From: Sphagnum compactum
Lineage: Eukaryota
Direction: 5' to 3'
Length of the DNA: 64,000 bases
Assembly (NCBI GenBank): GCA_965153455.1
Contig: OZ234493.1
Coordinates: 25,844,213 to 25,908,212 of the forward strand
Notes under the pieces: generated by a model
What the model saw: only the letters and a program-made list of their open reading frames with translations
What the model was told of the DNA's origin: nothing
The model's database searches: none
Made by a program: the position numbers and the translations under genes
In this document: positions 1 through 14,222 of the stretch, one piece after another
Layout of the letters: the number at the start of each line of letters is the position of its first letter
Numbering within the stretch: the stretch's first letter is position 1

Positions 1-186
1 ACCCTGCCTCCCATGCAACAACTAATTGTCGGTTCTCCCTGTACATATATTGTGTACATTTGTTGACTTTGTCATTATACAAATTGGCGTCAAATTTGCG
101 CATATAATTTTGAGTCAAACTTGACCCAATGAGTGTTTTTATGAAGGGGTTTTTTTTTTTCTGTAAATTTTTTAATTTTTTTTTTA

Positions 187-440
187 ATGCAGCCAAGTCA
201 TCATCTATTGGAAGATGGTAGAAAAGTGGCAACCATCCCCCAGGCATATTTAGCCAAATCTGGCTACCAATAAACCAGATAGATACGAAGTACAAATCTC
301 TAATTATCCTTCTATATTTTTGGCTACATACTGAAAACCCAAATATAGAAGACGTGGCAAATTTTCCAACTTTTTCTGACTTCTCTTCCAGGATTGAAGT
401 CACCCAAAAAATGACTTACATGAATTTGGAACTTGGAATT
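187..440 (+). repeat. Dispersed repeat family copy (SINE/MITE-like, core TTAGCCAAAT[C/T]TGGCTA)
   Basis: Shares GGAAGATG..AGAAAA.TGGCA.CAT, TAGCCAAATCTGG, AAACCAGATA, GAAGTACAAATCT and ATCCTTCTATATTTTTGGCTAC with 61671-61935 and 62945-63195. Confidence 0.6.
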
Positions 441-470
441 TGGAATTCCTCTTTACAACAAAATTTCACT

Positions 471-810
471 AGTAAAGAAAAGGCTGGACCCAATTGTGCA
501 GGTGACATCTAGAGTATTATCTGTGCATATGTTGGACGGGCTTGTTCCACAGAAGTGCATGTGTCTAAATGAGAAGTTCTTGATTGAGTGAAGAAAGTTT
601 TTAGTAAAGAAAACGCTGGACGCAAGTGTGCAGGTGACATCTAGATTACTACTATCGGTGCAGATGTTGGATGGGCTTCTTCCATAGAAGTGCATGCATC
701 TAAAAATGAGAAGTTCTTAGTTGGTGCAGATGTTGGATGGGCTTCTTCCATAGAAGTGCATGCATCTAAAAATGAGAAGTTCTTAGTTGAGTAAAGGGAA
801 GTTTTTAGTT
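471..810. repeat. Tandem duplication (~133 bp x2) with nested perfect 66-bp duplication
   Basis: AGTAAAGAAAA.GCTGGAC.CAA.TGTGCAGGTGACATCTAGA occurs twice; 657-722 and 723-788 are identical 66-mers. Confidence 0.85.
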
Positions 811-1901
811 TGAAGTTTGAACCTGCAATAAAGGGCAGAATCATTATGTGATGAAATGCTTGTTTTGATCGCCAGGTGCGATAATTTGACATCTTAAAGA
901 AAAGAGAGCAAGTTTGGCACTGGTATCAAAGAATCAACTGTGACATCGAGGGCTGCTTGCCTCCTTCCTTCCCCCCCCCACCCCACCGTTGTACCTCCTA
1001 AAAGTTTGTGTTTGTTTGACCTCTCCACATGGAAGGCTTCTGTTATTAATACTTTAGTTGCAGTTTGGTTGACAGCCAGCACCGACCAGCCAGACTTCCC
1101 AAACTTCATAAGAAGAAGAAGCAGAAGCAGAAGAACAAAAAAAAAGAAGAGTGACAGAAAACAAAATAGATCATTGTGGAGAGCAGTATGGCATTGAAGG
1201 TGATTTATGACAATTTTGCAGAGCAAACTTGTGTGAAGGTCCATTATGAAGTAGGGTTTTTAAAAAATTAAAATTAAAATTAAGAAAAAAAGAAGAAGTC
1301 TCGGGTTCTCTAAAGACTTAAAAAAACCAGTGTTGAGCGAGTACTTGATTTTGTTAATAGGTAGCCACTGGGTTGGTCGGGTTTGTTTTTGGAGCATTTC
1401 AAAATCAGAGAACTGCTCATTCAAGACATTTGATATAGTGGAATAACAGAACTGCTAGGATTCATGGAAACCCGCAGGAAAAGAACCGTCGGTTATTTGA
1501 CTTTAAATCAAAAGGAATCATGCCTTCCTATCAGAAACCGGTTCCTTGATGTTTTGAGAACCATGGCCATGAATCCCAAGAGCCGTTGTGATAACCGAAA
1601 AGAAGGATTCCTGTTTCTGATAACAGCGCTTGGGTTGGTGCAGGTTCTGATACCCGCCGAACACCGGTGTAAAACCCATCAAAAGGGCTTGGCGTGATCC
1701 GGTAGTAGTAGGTGCTCTCTCGCACTTAAGAGCGCCGCGACGGCGGGCATCTCGCGTTTAGTGCTCAAGTGTGGCAGGGAAGGCTGCTATTTATAAGATG
1801 AGGTGGGGATCTTTAAACACGACCCCTTCTTCTTCTCTCCCGACGTCACCACTTTGTCCGATTCCTTTGGTACCCAGTTAAAGAATCGTATAATCAGGAG
1901 C

Positions 1902-1920
1902 AGAGAGAGAGAGAGAGAGA
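1902..1920. repeat. (GA)n microsatellite
   Basis: Direct inspection. Confidence 0.85.
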
Positions 1921-2454
1921 GGCCCACATTCTTGGCAGACTCCGCAGCAGTTCACTTTTGTCCTCAACTGACTGTCATTCTTGTATCAAATTGCTCCAGT
2001 GGGCCGGTTCAGTGGGCGCCTGAGTTATCTAATAACTCAACTATAACACCTTTACCATGCATACTCAGTTCTTTGCATAGTGTTAATAGTAGATGCATGT
2101 TGTTGAGTTGTAGACTTGGTGAACCTTGGAGCATGCCCAACGGCAGCAGTAAATGGGAAACCTTTATGGTACTTTTTGGATGAAGATTTATACAAAAACA
2201 CTGTGATGCTTACTTTTTGGCCTGGTGAAAGTGTGCACTCATTTCATGTAATATGAATTGAGCATGTAATATGAAATGAGCTGTTTCTCATTGGCCAACT
2301 ACAATGATTGCTCAGATGGTGAGAGTTGAATAGCCTCTCACTTTGTACAGTCTATCTTTTCAGGTTCATAGGTGTGGATGGGGTAGGAACTAAACGGTGC
2401 GCACTGAATGTGGTGAATACTGACAGAGGGCGGCTGACTCCACACTCTGTGGTG

Positions 2455-3185
2455 CATGCTCCACCCATACCCTGTATTTGGACCTCCAACAAGGTTTCTT
2501 ACATCCAAGATGACTGGCTTAATGTTTCTCAAGCCCCTCCCCTAAACATGAAAAGTGAGATTTTTAAAAATGTGGGAGCAATTTCACCCATGCCCCATAT
2601 TTGGGCCTCTAACAGGATTTCTCATATCCAAGATAATTGGCTTACTATTATTCAAGCCTCACCTATAAACATGAAAATTAGGACAATTAAACGTGAGAAT
2701 GACTCCACCCATACCTCACATTTGGGCTTCTAAGAGGATTTCTCGTATACAAGATGGATGGTTTCTTGCTACTCAAGCCTCACCTATAGACATGAAAATT
2801 TGGACTATAAAAGGTGAGAACAACTCCACCCATTCTTCACATTTGGGCCTCTAAGAGGATTTCTTGTATCCAAGATGGATGGTTTCTTGCTACTCAAACC
2901 TCACCTATAGACATGAAAATTGGGACTATAAAAGGTGAGAACAACTCCACCCATTCTTCACATTTGGGCCTCTAAGAGGATTTCTCGTATCCAAGATGGA
3001 TGGTTTCTTGCTACTCAAACCTCACCTATAAACATGAAAATTGGGACTATAAAAGGTGAGAACAACTTCATCCATACCCCATAATTGAGCTTTCAATGGG
3101 ATTTCTCACATCCAAGATGACACATTGTTTTTCAAGCCTCATCCATAAATATGAAAATTGAGATTTTAAAAAGTGGGATACTACA
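2455..3185. repeat. Tandem array, ~121-bp unit x6
   Basis: CTCCACCCAT..CACATTTGGGCCTCTAAGAGGATTTCTCGTATCCAAGATGGATGG..CTCACCTATA.ACATGAAAATT recurs at about 2460, 2583, 2703, 2824, 2945 and 3066. Confidence 0.9.
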
Positions 3186-6100
3186 AATAGCAAACCACTT
3201 GGATCCATCATTCTATCTGGCAAATCAAGAATAATTGTTAGATTGTAGTGCCTTTTGCAAACACAACAACCTATACACAAATATTGACCCAAAAACCATT
3301 TTATTGCTCAAAACTGGCATAAACTTTATTGTTCTTCATGCAAACCATAATGTGCAATGTGACAGTGGGAGTTCATATGAATATGTAATGTGTCCAAATT
3401 CTAGATTATGATAACTACCTTCAACTACTTTGTAAAAGTATGGAACATTATTTTCAAAACAGTTTCAAAATAGGTCAGTAATTAGTATGAGGTCACCAAT
3501 TAAATTTGCAACCAGGATAGTTGAACAAACATGTTCGAGACCATATGAATGGAAGGTCATTATTGAGAATTCACTTCAACAGAAAACTGATATTCCACAT
3601 ATTGATTTTGTTTAAGCCCACACAAAGTTATTGAAATTTGACATTAATTAAGTTGTTGAAACTTTCAAATAACCAATTTTTGAAATCAGTAGGTTAAAAG
3701 TGTTGATTTATTTTTGATGTCATAATCTTTATAAGGTTTGAAAAATAAAATATTAAAAATAAAAAAATTGACATTCTGTATGTAACATATGACACACCAC
3801 TTACCAAAAGAACACTTGAATAACATGGTTCACTTTCAATAATAATCCTTTAAAGCCCAATTAGGCTTAGAAAGTCATTTGATCAAGATTCATTGAATTG
3901 CCTCATGTTTATAATGCCTCCAATTTTTGTTATTTGTGATTCTTTTACTTTCAGTGCGTTGTTATTTTAATCTTAGGGTGCAAAGACTTTCCACTTCAAA
4001 AATTTGGTGACAACTATGTTCCCATCATGAACTTTGTGGTGCAATAGGAGTTTTGGCTTGACAGGGTAATTTTTAGCTTGAAGTGCCTACTGTGCCTGAT
4101 AAAAGTGAGCCTTGGATGTGTTGGTGTTGATGAATGTCAAATTCTTTTGCAATTCGTTGGCCTTGCCTATCAAGGCAAGGATATTGTGTTTAGGGTCATT
4201 ATAGAGCATAGTAGCTTAAGGGATTTTGGCCCCAAGGTAATAATAAGTCTATTTTCATATGAGGATTTTTGAAAGATGATATTTTGGCTTGTATTGAAAC
4301 TTGAGATTAGTTATAGAGTTAATAGAGGTCGACAAACTCCAACAAAGGTTGTTGTCTCAACATGATAATGTAAACCCCCCAAATTCACCCAACATTCATT
4401 CAAATCATTTTCATATGTGCATTAAACTATCATTAATCGCAACTTTGTAACATAATTCATTTTAATAGATTCATCAAACTAAATGATTCTTGATCTAACA
4501 AGTTGTTATTTACTTCATCAAGTTGAATTTCTAAGGCATCCCAAATTTGTCTTCAAAACACATAACTCAATTGTTTATTATGCATCATGTATAAAAACAC
4601 ATTTGAGATGGAGATGATTCATGTATTTCTAATTGGTGACCGTTCTCTTATATGGTTTTCTTGTTTTATTTTGGAGACTTTTGTGGTTCCCATGCGAAAT
4701 TTACAAATGTTAATTATGAGACAACCTAATGAGATATTAATGGATTTTGAATGTTTAAACCAAGGGAGAACATTCTTTTGGGTTTTGGAAAAAAATGTGA
4801 GAAAAAATATAATGTTTGAGATATTGGTTGTTGGGTAAAGATTATAATTCAATTGATTTTAAACATAGATTATATCTATTATCAAAATTCGAATATATTT
4901 AGTATAAGTTATGCATTATAGTGAGTACTTAATTTTAAAAATAATAATATACAAAAAAATTTAGATATTAATTGTTAGTAGGTTCAATTAGTAAGATGGA
5001 GAGGGTGTAATTTATACTAAAGGTTCCAAATAATTTATATTGAAAGGTAATCGGGTGGCTAAGAAACTTGACACTTTTAGTTAGATTTTTTAAGGAGAGA
5101 ACAAGGAGATAGTAGTAGAATAAATGTCATGTTGTTTTAGAACAAATGTATTGAAAGACATGTTGTTACTAAACATTCTATCGCTTATGTTGAACAATAT
5201 GAAGGTGTCTTACAACTTTAACTAAAACTAAAAATTCAAACAAACGTATGATACCAAAATTCAATGTATAGGTAAATTTTAATTTAAATTAACAATGGCT
5301 TAAATATGTGAATAGTAAAAAATAGATTATAATAGGGTGGGAAAAATTAATGTTCCTTCACATAATACCCTCCAAACAATACTCTCTTTGATGCATTTGT
5401 AGTATTCAATTGTAACATAGAGTGTCCTTCTTAGGTGTTTGAAGTTTGATTTGATTTAATATAGTTGCAATGCAAAATGTGTTTTATGAACACCTTTTGG
5501 CCCTTAATTTTGTGTCCCATAATTTATTCACATATATTTTGAAAAAACAATTACTTATAGGTGGGCCAAATGAAAAGACTATAATTTAAGGATAGGCATG
5601 AAGCCTTCATATTTCATAATAATTTGAGGTTGCAATTTAAGATAGACAACTAATAGGGAGAAGCATGGGATACAATACAATGTATTTGAAAGGAGTAGTG
5701 GTAGAAGGTGATGGCATATGATGCCCCAACATTTAAGTTTGTGTTTTTGCCTTTCAAGCATTAGTACTTCCACCAAAAACAATTCTTGGCATTTTTGGGG
5801 TTTTAGAATGGACATAAGAGGTTTAAGGTTTCACATTTTTAAAAATATAGGTGAATGTTTAGATGAATTGGCCTTTGATGATTAAAAAGCCTTGAATAAA
5901 TCTTGATAGAAAAATTTATTTCAAGTATCACTTGTCAATTTGCTCAATTTGTGATTTCTTTTGATGAAAAACATATCAAATCAAGTTTGATTTAACAGAA
6001 GAATTGATGATTTGGGATAAAACAACTTGTATTCTAGATGATGTTGGAATCCTTGGATTTTAGGTAGTTGGGAGGAGGGAATAACAAATAAGCTTGGATG

Positions 6101-7677
6101 GCTTAGATTGGCAAAATGCAAGCATATGCTTTAATTTTTAAAAATATATGGAAAAATTGTTGCTTTTCACTTAGGCAAATTGTTGCACACAAACCATTAG
6201 GAGATATGTTAAATATGGAGGTTGTAGATGTATGAAAAATCAAGTTTGTATGTGAATTCATTTCAAGTGTTAGGTAGTATATATCACAAATCTAATTTAA
6301 CACCAAATAATGAACATTTTATTGCAACTTAAAGATTAGTGATGCAAAGTGGCAAAAAAATTTAGGGTGATGTCCAAGATGGCTTGAAAAGTGGTAGTAA
6401 TGATGAAATTTGTGTACTTTTTTGTAACGTAAAGGCTTAAGTTACAGTTTTACATTACAAGTTGTGATAAACATGGTATATTTTATTATTGTTTGGGGGG
6501 TATTAAATGAGGGAATCCTTTTTTCCCACCTTATAATTAGTTAATTTTTTTGTAATGTGCACATATTTAGACCTTTGTAAATTTAATTATATTTTTCCTG
6601 TTTGCATGAAATTTTGATACCTTATATTTAGTTTTAACTTGATCAAAAGAAAGGAACATATTAATATGATGGTTTGCATTTTTGATGGTTTGAAAGATGT
6701 AGTGAAAAAAATACAACCATTTGTTGCCTTGGGTGAATAAATTATGGTCCTTATTTAACAAGTAGCAAATAGATTTGATGTTTTCAACCATCAACCATTC
6801 CAATTCATTGAAAAAGAACAACAAAAGACAGATGATAAACATATGATCTACATTCTAGAAAATGTTAAAACATGTTTACACTTGTTGCATTCAAAGTTTT
6901 TGTGTAAATGGTGCATAAATGGAAATAGTTCACTTATTAACAAGTAACTTTTAACACATATAAGAAATGGAATACATGTATTATAATTTGAGTTATAAAG
7001 CATGTCAATACAAGTTGATGCATAAAAAATTTAAGTACATGGAATACATGATTCAATAATAAATTTTTTTGTAACAAGTGAAAACACACTATGGTGACCC
7101 CCTTTGGGGGATCACATTGTATTACTTTCCAAGGGTGTACATGCTTGAACGTATCCCACTTCAAACTTTTGAAAGAATTTCACAATATTTTTGCATATTA
7201 TGTTAAAATATAACATATATATCCAAGATATTAAAAAAGAAACTATTTCATTTCATTTTATAAAGTGGGAGATTGGAGCATATTTGTGGAAACAAATGTA
7301 ATGTACTTATGTACTCAAAAACACAAATATACTCCAAAAAAAATTTAAATGATTTTTAATCTTTATGAAAGTTGAAGGTATATTGAACCATGTCATTTCA
7401 CATATTTTGACCATGTTTGGATACCATGTGATTAATTTGGAAAAATTTCTATCAAAAATGAATTTTTAAAAACAAAGATGCAATAAATGTGTGATAAATT
7501 GAAATTTTGACAATTGACCACATTCACATGTATGAAAGATGACAACCATTACTAGATGGTTATTTAAAAAATTCCATTGAAGTTGATTATTTTAATGAGT
7601 AATGAAGCCTTAAAATGAAACGAAATAGTGTGGCCGTGTTATACCAATGTATATTATAAATATACCCATGGATTTTT

Positions 7678-7710
<33 letters not shown>
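7678..7710. repeat. (AAT)n microsatellite
   Basis: About 10 AAT units seen directly. Confidence 0.85.
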
Positions 7711-7712
<2 letters not shown>

Positions 7713-9195
7713 CATTAATTTTGTAAAAATAATAAGTTTAGGGCTTGAAAAACCAAAATTGATACCCAAAATGAAATGTACCATACTTTTGGAACAATTA
7801 CACTATATGTACTATAATAGTAGACCCAAAAGGGCCCCAAATTGGGTCATTGTAGTGTGCTTTCACCTTAACTAAAAAAATTCAATTTCATAAGTAATTA
7901 TATATATGTTCTTTTTCACTTTGATCTAGTCATTCAATGTAAGACTTTTTATAATCTCAACCAATGGCCTTGTTTCTCAATTAAATGTTGTTAAATAGAA
8001 AGACAAGTTCATTTACCCTAATATACTAAAGGTCAAATGATTTTTCCTTTTAAAACTTGTGGATATGTTGACCACTTGTATTGACAAGTAAATCCACATT
8101 GAGTTATTTGGATCAAAACCTTCATAACAATATTTTGAAGTTTTAATGTTTTAACACCAAACATTTCACACCATTGATGGCTATGAATTTCACTAATTAT
8201 AATAGTGCTCGTAAATAGAATCAACAAATGGCCCTTCATTATTTCTATAAGAAATTTAGTTGTTTTTTAAATATTTAACATGATACTACAAATTATGATA
8301 AAATTTTATATCTCAAATACATCCTTGAACCCTCTCATTAATTATCAATCTCTATCTTGTCATTTTCTTTTCTAGGATCAAACATAAAATTAGCACAATG
8401 TAATTATGTAATTAGAAATCTCTTTTTTTTGTTTTCAAAAAAAGAAAGGGATGAATGATTGATAGTTTCATCTTGTCATAAAATTTACATGTGGTTTGGA
8501 ATTGCATAATCCACAATGTATACTAGATAGTATAAATTTGCTTATAGTCACCATTGCTTGAACATTTCACCAAAATGACATGGACTTTTCAAACATCTTC
8601 ACATCTAACCATTCCTTCCACATGTTGTTATTCACCATTTGTTCCAAAGGTGTTTGAACTTTTAAAATTCTTTTTAAAATTATACAATATATTGGTGCCA
8701 ATCTCTTCTCACCAGGTCAAAACAATTCAAAACCTTTTTCCTTAGTAAACCATATTTGAAAACTCGACCTTGATTATAATGATGATTTACACTAAATTGC
8801 ACCATAATTCCAACCTTTTGCACAAGCATTGAAACACAATTAAGACTATTTATGTCATCTTTAAGCACAAGTCATGTGAACATGTGTAGCTCACAACTTG
8901 AATATGTAATGTGATGAAACATTTCTTCTTGCACAATTTTTCTAATTCTTTTACAAACATGAATATTTTTTGTAATAACATGGAAAGCTTTGCGGGGACC
9001 CATTTCTTCAATTGCATCAATCACATGTCTTTTTGTACATTCTAATTTCTTTTCATTTCTAATAAATGTATTATCTTTTGAAACATCTTTCTTTCAGGTG
9101 AAATGCAAAGATTGTTCAAAAGAGGCCTTTTGCTTGTGCTTGTACAACACCCTATTTTTTTCTAGGACTTCACAATTGGTTCCAACTTAACATGC

Positions 9196-10008
9196 CACTC
9201 CATCGAAAATCTAGTTTTGTAACTACAGTACAACCATGACTGCATTTGTGGTCGTATTGTGTCACAGTGATTACATGTGATTAAATGACTATGTAATGGA
9301 TTCAAACTTGTTTTACCATTTAGTCATAGACATGATCATAGCCATAAATGGTAATCTATGTGACCTCCATGACTATTGTCATGTTGCACATATGATTATA
9401 TACATGATTTAGCATATAGTCGTATCAGCCCAAACTTTCAATAATTGATATTGTAAACATGACTATGTAACATGATATATTTTTACAAACACATGGATAC
9501 GTGGCCTATGTTTAACTTAGTTACCTTACCTACCTACCTTACATAACATATTTAAACAAAAAAAATAGCCTACCTAGCTACACCATTTAGCTAAAGCCCC
9601 TAAACATTTAAATAGGTTGTAAGTATAAGACTTGAACCTTTCATTTGGTGCTTGAAGCCAAGTCCTTAACCAATGCATCACACTTTTATAATGTAATAGC
9701 GTTTGTCAACATATTAAGAACATGTTTATTTTACACGTTTTCTTACATTACTTACGTGAAAGTAGGGAGATAGGGAATTGATAGGCAAGTTGTAAGTAGG
9801 AGATGACAAATATTTTAATATCCTAGTTACAACTTATCAATCTATTACATTACACCAAAAATACCATTTTATGATTGGTCCTTTACAACTAAATCAATTG
9901 CTTATGCCATTTGTAATTGAATTAGACCCATTGTGTATGCCATTTTTAATCACTTATGCCACTTGTAGTCATATAGGACTAGTCATAGAATGACTTTTTT
10001 GTGTAATG
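9196..10008. mobile_element. Possible degenerate non-autonomous CACTA-like element
   Basis: Ends CACTCCATCGAAAA... and ...TTTTTTGTGTAATG loosely resemble CACTA TIRs (CACTACAAGAAA/TTTCTTGTAGTG). Subterminal regions are rich in short (A)TGACTA/TAGTCA(T) motifs. No clear TSD. Confidence 0.3.
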
Positions 10009-13000
10009 TTAGTTACCAACATCTAGATCATTTTTTATTTCAAATAACAAACCATCATGTGCAAATTTGATCAAAATTAGGAATGGAATAACACTATAAG
10101 AAATTTGCATACTAATGATTGGATTATAAATTCATTTTCAATCATAATAGACACATGCAATTAGAAATCTTCCAACATTTTGGAAAAATGACAACAAATA
10201 TCAATTGTAAAAAATATGCAACTAACATTTTTTTTCAAGCAACATTTTTTTTTGGGCAAATAAGTAGTTATTAGATAGGTAATAGGATGCACACAAGATT
10301 AAACAAGCCAACAATGTTACTTTAGAATATAAATACATGTCCTTTTGCCCATAAAAAACTTTTCATACAAATGAATTTTTGAACGATTGTTTTGCAAATT
10401 GTTATAATAATGCATATAATTGTCTTAATAGATGACATGTTTTTTTGTTTATATTTTTGAATTAATATGAAAATTTGAAAATGTGCTGATTCCTTGTAAA
10501 TTTAATTTTCATATTTAAAAATGATAACAATTTCAAATCATAACCAAAAATTGATTTTTAAATTTTTATGTTTTCTTGTATAATAAACTACAACTTTTCT
10601 TAACACATCATGTACATTATAACCCATTTATATGTGGTAAAGGACTTTTGAAGTTCTAAAATTCTTAATTTATTTTGGAAAGTTTTTTGAATTTTTAGAA
10701 TCTTAGAATTTCACATATTTTAGGGTATGGGTGCTTTTTGAATGTGGCTAATAAGTCTTTTTCTTCTTTATTTTTTTTCCATCAAGTTTTTTATATTATA
10801 TGAGTCCTCTTGATAGTCCTTTGCAAAATTGATTCCTTTTGATGCAATAGGTGTTCACTTTCAAAGGTCTTAAATCAAAACTTAAACTTAAAATTTTATC
10901 AAATGAATTTTTGGTTTGAATGTTTTGACATTCATATGAATGAGAACTTGGAACAAATTGCCATGATTTTTATGGTTTAAAATGGTAAAACATACATATT
11001 TCTCCAATTTTGACTATTTTTAAGGTGCATCTAACATCCTTTGCGCTCATTTTATTGTGACTGCACCCAATAGATAGTACCTATTTACCTATTAACCATC
11101 ACCTACCTACCTACCTACTAGGTCGTAGACCATAAATAACAAAGTCACCAATAGTCTAGCCCTTCAGGTATGTAGTAAAAATATGGAAAAACACTAATAA
11201 AACACCGTAACCAATGTTTTTAAACCATAAAAGGACATTTTTGATAATTTTAATTTTTTAAAAAAGACATATTTTGACATTTTTAATGCAGAGCTAATCA
11301 AAGTATTACAAAAAAAATTATCATGATTTTAAAAGATTTTTTGATAAAATTTTCAAAAATATTTCAAGAATGTCTTAGGAATATTTCTCCAAAAGCAGTC
11401 ACAAAAAGCAAAAAAAATAGCGGGTGTGGCTCATGTTATCCTGTTTGCAGCCACTTGTTTATTTTATTGTTAATGGGTGAATAATAAAATTAACAATATA
11501 AACATTTCAATTTATAAATGAAATGATGTTAGATTTTTTCTTGCCACATTTTGACACTTATTGCATGATTTTATAAGCCTTTTATTGTCCTTTAACCATT
11601 AATTGTCATTTGACCAAAACAACCCCAAAAATTGGACCAATGCCCACAAAGGTGCCTAAAGGTCATGCAAAATGTCAAAAAATTTAAAAATTTGACATAA
11701 AGTGATTGACTTCCATTTTATCATGTATCATGCATATAATAACATAAATGGGAAAATCAAAGTATTAAAAAAAAAATGGACAAGTAAAAACACAATAAAA
11801 AAAGCCATCCAAGTGAATGGACATTCCTTCAAACTACATTTTTGTATGTTTGAAAGATCACGAGGGAAACATAAAATTTGGATTATCATAAAAGTTATTG
11901 GAATATTTTCATTACTTGCAAAGTTTAAATGTTCAAAGGTTGACACAAATCAAAAATGTTTTTGCATGTTCAAAGCACTCAAATTTCGAAAGTGGACAAT
12001 ATTTATTTTTCTCAAACGTCATTTTTTTTCTACCAAATGTGCACCATTCCATTTGAAAATTAGAGATTTTGACAAATTTGATGATCTAAAAGACAAAAGG
12101 ATTTGAACTAATGAAAATTGTTTTAATAACTGATTTGAACATATTGGTTTCAAACATGCTTTTGACCTTAAAAATTATGGATTTAAAAAATGTGGCTTTA
12201 ACAAAAGTTGTTCATAGTTATGAGATAGAGGGCATGAATGCATAAAATATATGATATAAAATCAAATTTTGGTCAAAACTTATTTATATTTAACATGTAG
12301 TGTTAAACTAAGTATCCAAAATACAAATTTTAAAATTATAAACCAACACAAAAATGATACATGTCATGTGTAGTCTTTGGAATTTTTTTTCACCTTAGTG
12401 CCCATAGTTCCTTTTATTGCATTTTCACTCAGACTTGTATTAAATTAATAAGAATCTACTTCTAAAAATAAAATGAAAATGATCGTAAAAAAAAAATTAA
12501 AAAAATTTCAAAGAAGATGAAGAAATATAAACTTGTATGTTTTACCACAAAAAAATTAATTAAATATTTATATATTTAGTTAGGATATAATGATGATTAT
12601 ATGTGGTGAGTAAGTTTATTTATTTATTTATTTGTTAGAATCTATTACATTTGTACTTTTCAAAAGTTGACATTTTATAAAAAAAATTGTAAAAACTACT
12701 TATATTTTTAAAATTTTACTTTCAACAATGCAAATTTTAAATTAATGCATAATAATGAAAAATGATTTTATCTTTGATTTTTCATGTAAAAAAATCAATC
12801 TAAAAAAATATAAAAACAATTCTTGTTATTATTTTCTATTTGCATCCAACCTTGACAAAGTAAATTCATTGCATATTTTATTGTGCTTACATGCATAATG
12901 CAACCACAAAGGAATCAATCATCGAGTAATTATAGACTAAAAGGTTTCAAAATGTACATCACAAGGTTGTTTTTTCAATATTGCAAAGGATTAAAATGAT

Positions 13001-14086
13001 CTTTGACATTATTGAATTTGTAATATTTTAAAAAGTTACTCATTTTTATGAAGTAAACTATTATTCCAATAGAATTTCATTAATCACAATCAAATTTTTT
13101 GTATAAATCAAATAAAATACTTTAAAAAATTTTGTAAATTGAAAATCGTAGTCCATATAAACTCATACATGAACTCATGATTTTCATTGTTATCAATTGT
13201 TTGTTTAGATTTTTCCATCAAAATTCATGGATAGATAATTACCTAGTTAAAATTATGTTTAAAAATGTCATTGGTAAAAAGCTAAAAATGTGATGAACTT
13301 TTGAAAGCCCTTGAATTGCTTGATGTTTGAAAGTTTTTTGGGAGAATAATCTTAATAATTTTTGCAACCTTGTTATTTCACTAGGTTCTACATAATGTGA
13401 AGAAAATTTGACTACATTGTTTTGTTTGAAAAGAATAAAATTAGGTTCCTCAAATGTGATGATAAAAAGGTGATATAGTTTTTAGAGTGAAAATTTGATC
13501 AAAATGAACTCCTAATTTGTTCAAAAGTTAGTCACTATAACTTGCAATTACCCAACAACTTTAGACCTTAAACATCAAGCTTGCAAAATTTTGATGAATT
13601 CCAAGTAGCTGACACTATTGGTTGCAATGGATCCACTGAATTCTAATAATTGTGGAGATGATTTTGATATTGGTATCTTCTGCGGTCCTTTTAATTTTTG
13701 GCTACAACCATCTTCTTTCTTTGATTGTTTTCTATCACTTCTCAAATTGGAAATAAGAACCTCCCCTTCCCTCTGTTATTATTGTGTTGAAATAATCAAG
13801 AGACATGGGGCTATTTTAGAAGCATAAAACTCACCCATGTCAAGTTTTGCAATGCAATGGCATTTTAGGGTTTTAGGGAACATCTATGGTATCTTGGGGA
13901 GTGCAGGTTAAACGTTCTTAGAAACTTTCCAGAAATGTCTAGAGTATGGATACCGAGTATGACATTCTTCCAAAGGCTTTTACAGGTGTTCTCTATAACC
14001 TTGATCTTTTACTTACTTTTTAGGAGTAGGAGGGGCTGGACACCTAAGTAGATGTAAGGTTCCTCCCACTCCAAAATAGTAAGCAT

Positions 14087-14222
14087 AAGAACCTTACTCT
14101 TTTCCAGAGGGATATTCTCAAATATATACTGGGAAATTTTTGCAATTGTAGTAACCATAAGAATCTTGCTCTTTTCTAGGATGGGTATTTACAAATTTAC
14201 ACTGGAAAATTTCTGCAATTGT
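14087..14222. repeat. Direct duplication, ~72 bp x2
   Basis: AAGAA.CTT.CTCTTTTC.AG..GG.TATT..CAAAT...ACTGG.AAATTT.TGCAATTGT occurs twice. Confidence 0.7.

Larger units (their letters stand above)
3300..13900. other. AT-rich, CpG-depleted intergenic tract, probably decayed transposon remnants
   Basis: Very low GC, almost no CG dinucleotides, no credible ORF or spliceable gene model; scattered (ACCT)n and (AAT)n runs. Confidence 0.5.

Noticed and set aside
1708-1725. Minus-strand CGAGAGAGCAC resembling the 3' part of miR535/miR156-type sequences
   Set aside because: Only about 11 nt match and there is no convincing miRNA/miRNA* duplex.
2326-2733. 135-aa ORF with internal repeats
   Set aside because: Produced by the 121-bp tandem array; the unit is not a codon multiple and the start is not ATG.
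5500-6130. Possible Penelope-like/RT or hAT protein remnants in AT-rich DNA
   Set aside because: Too degenerate to support a family call by eye.
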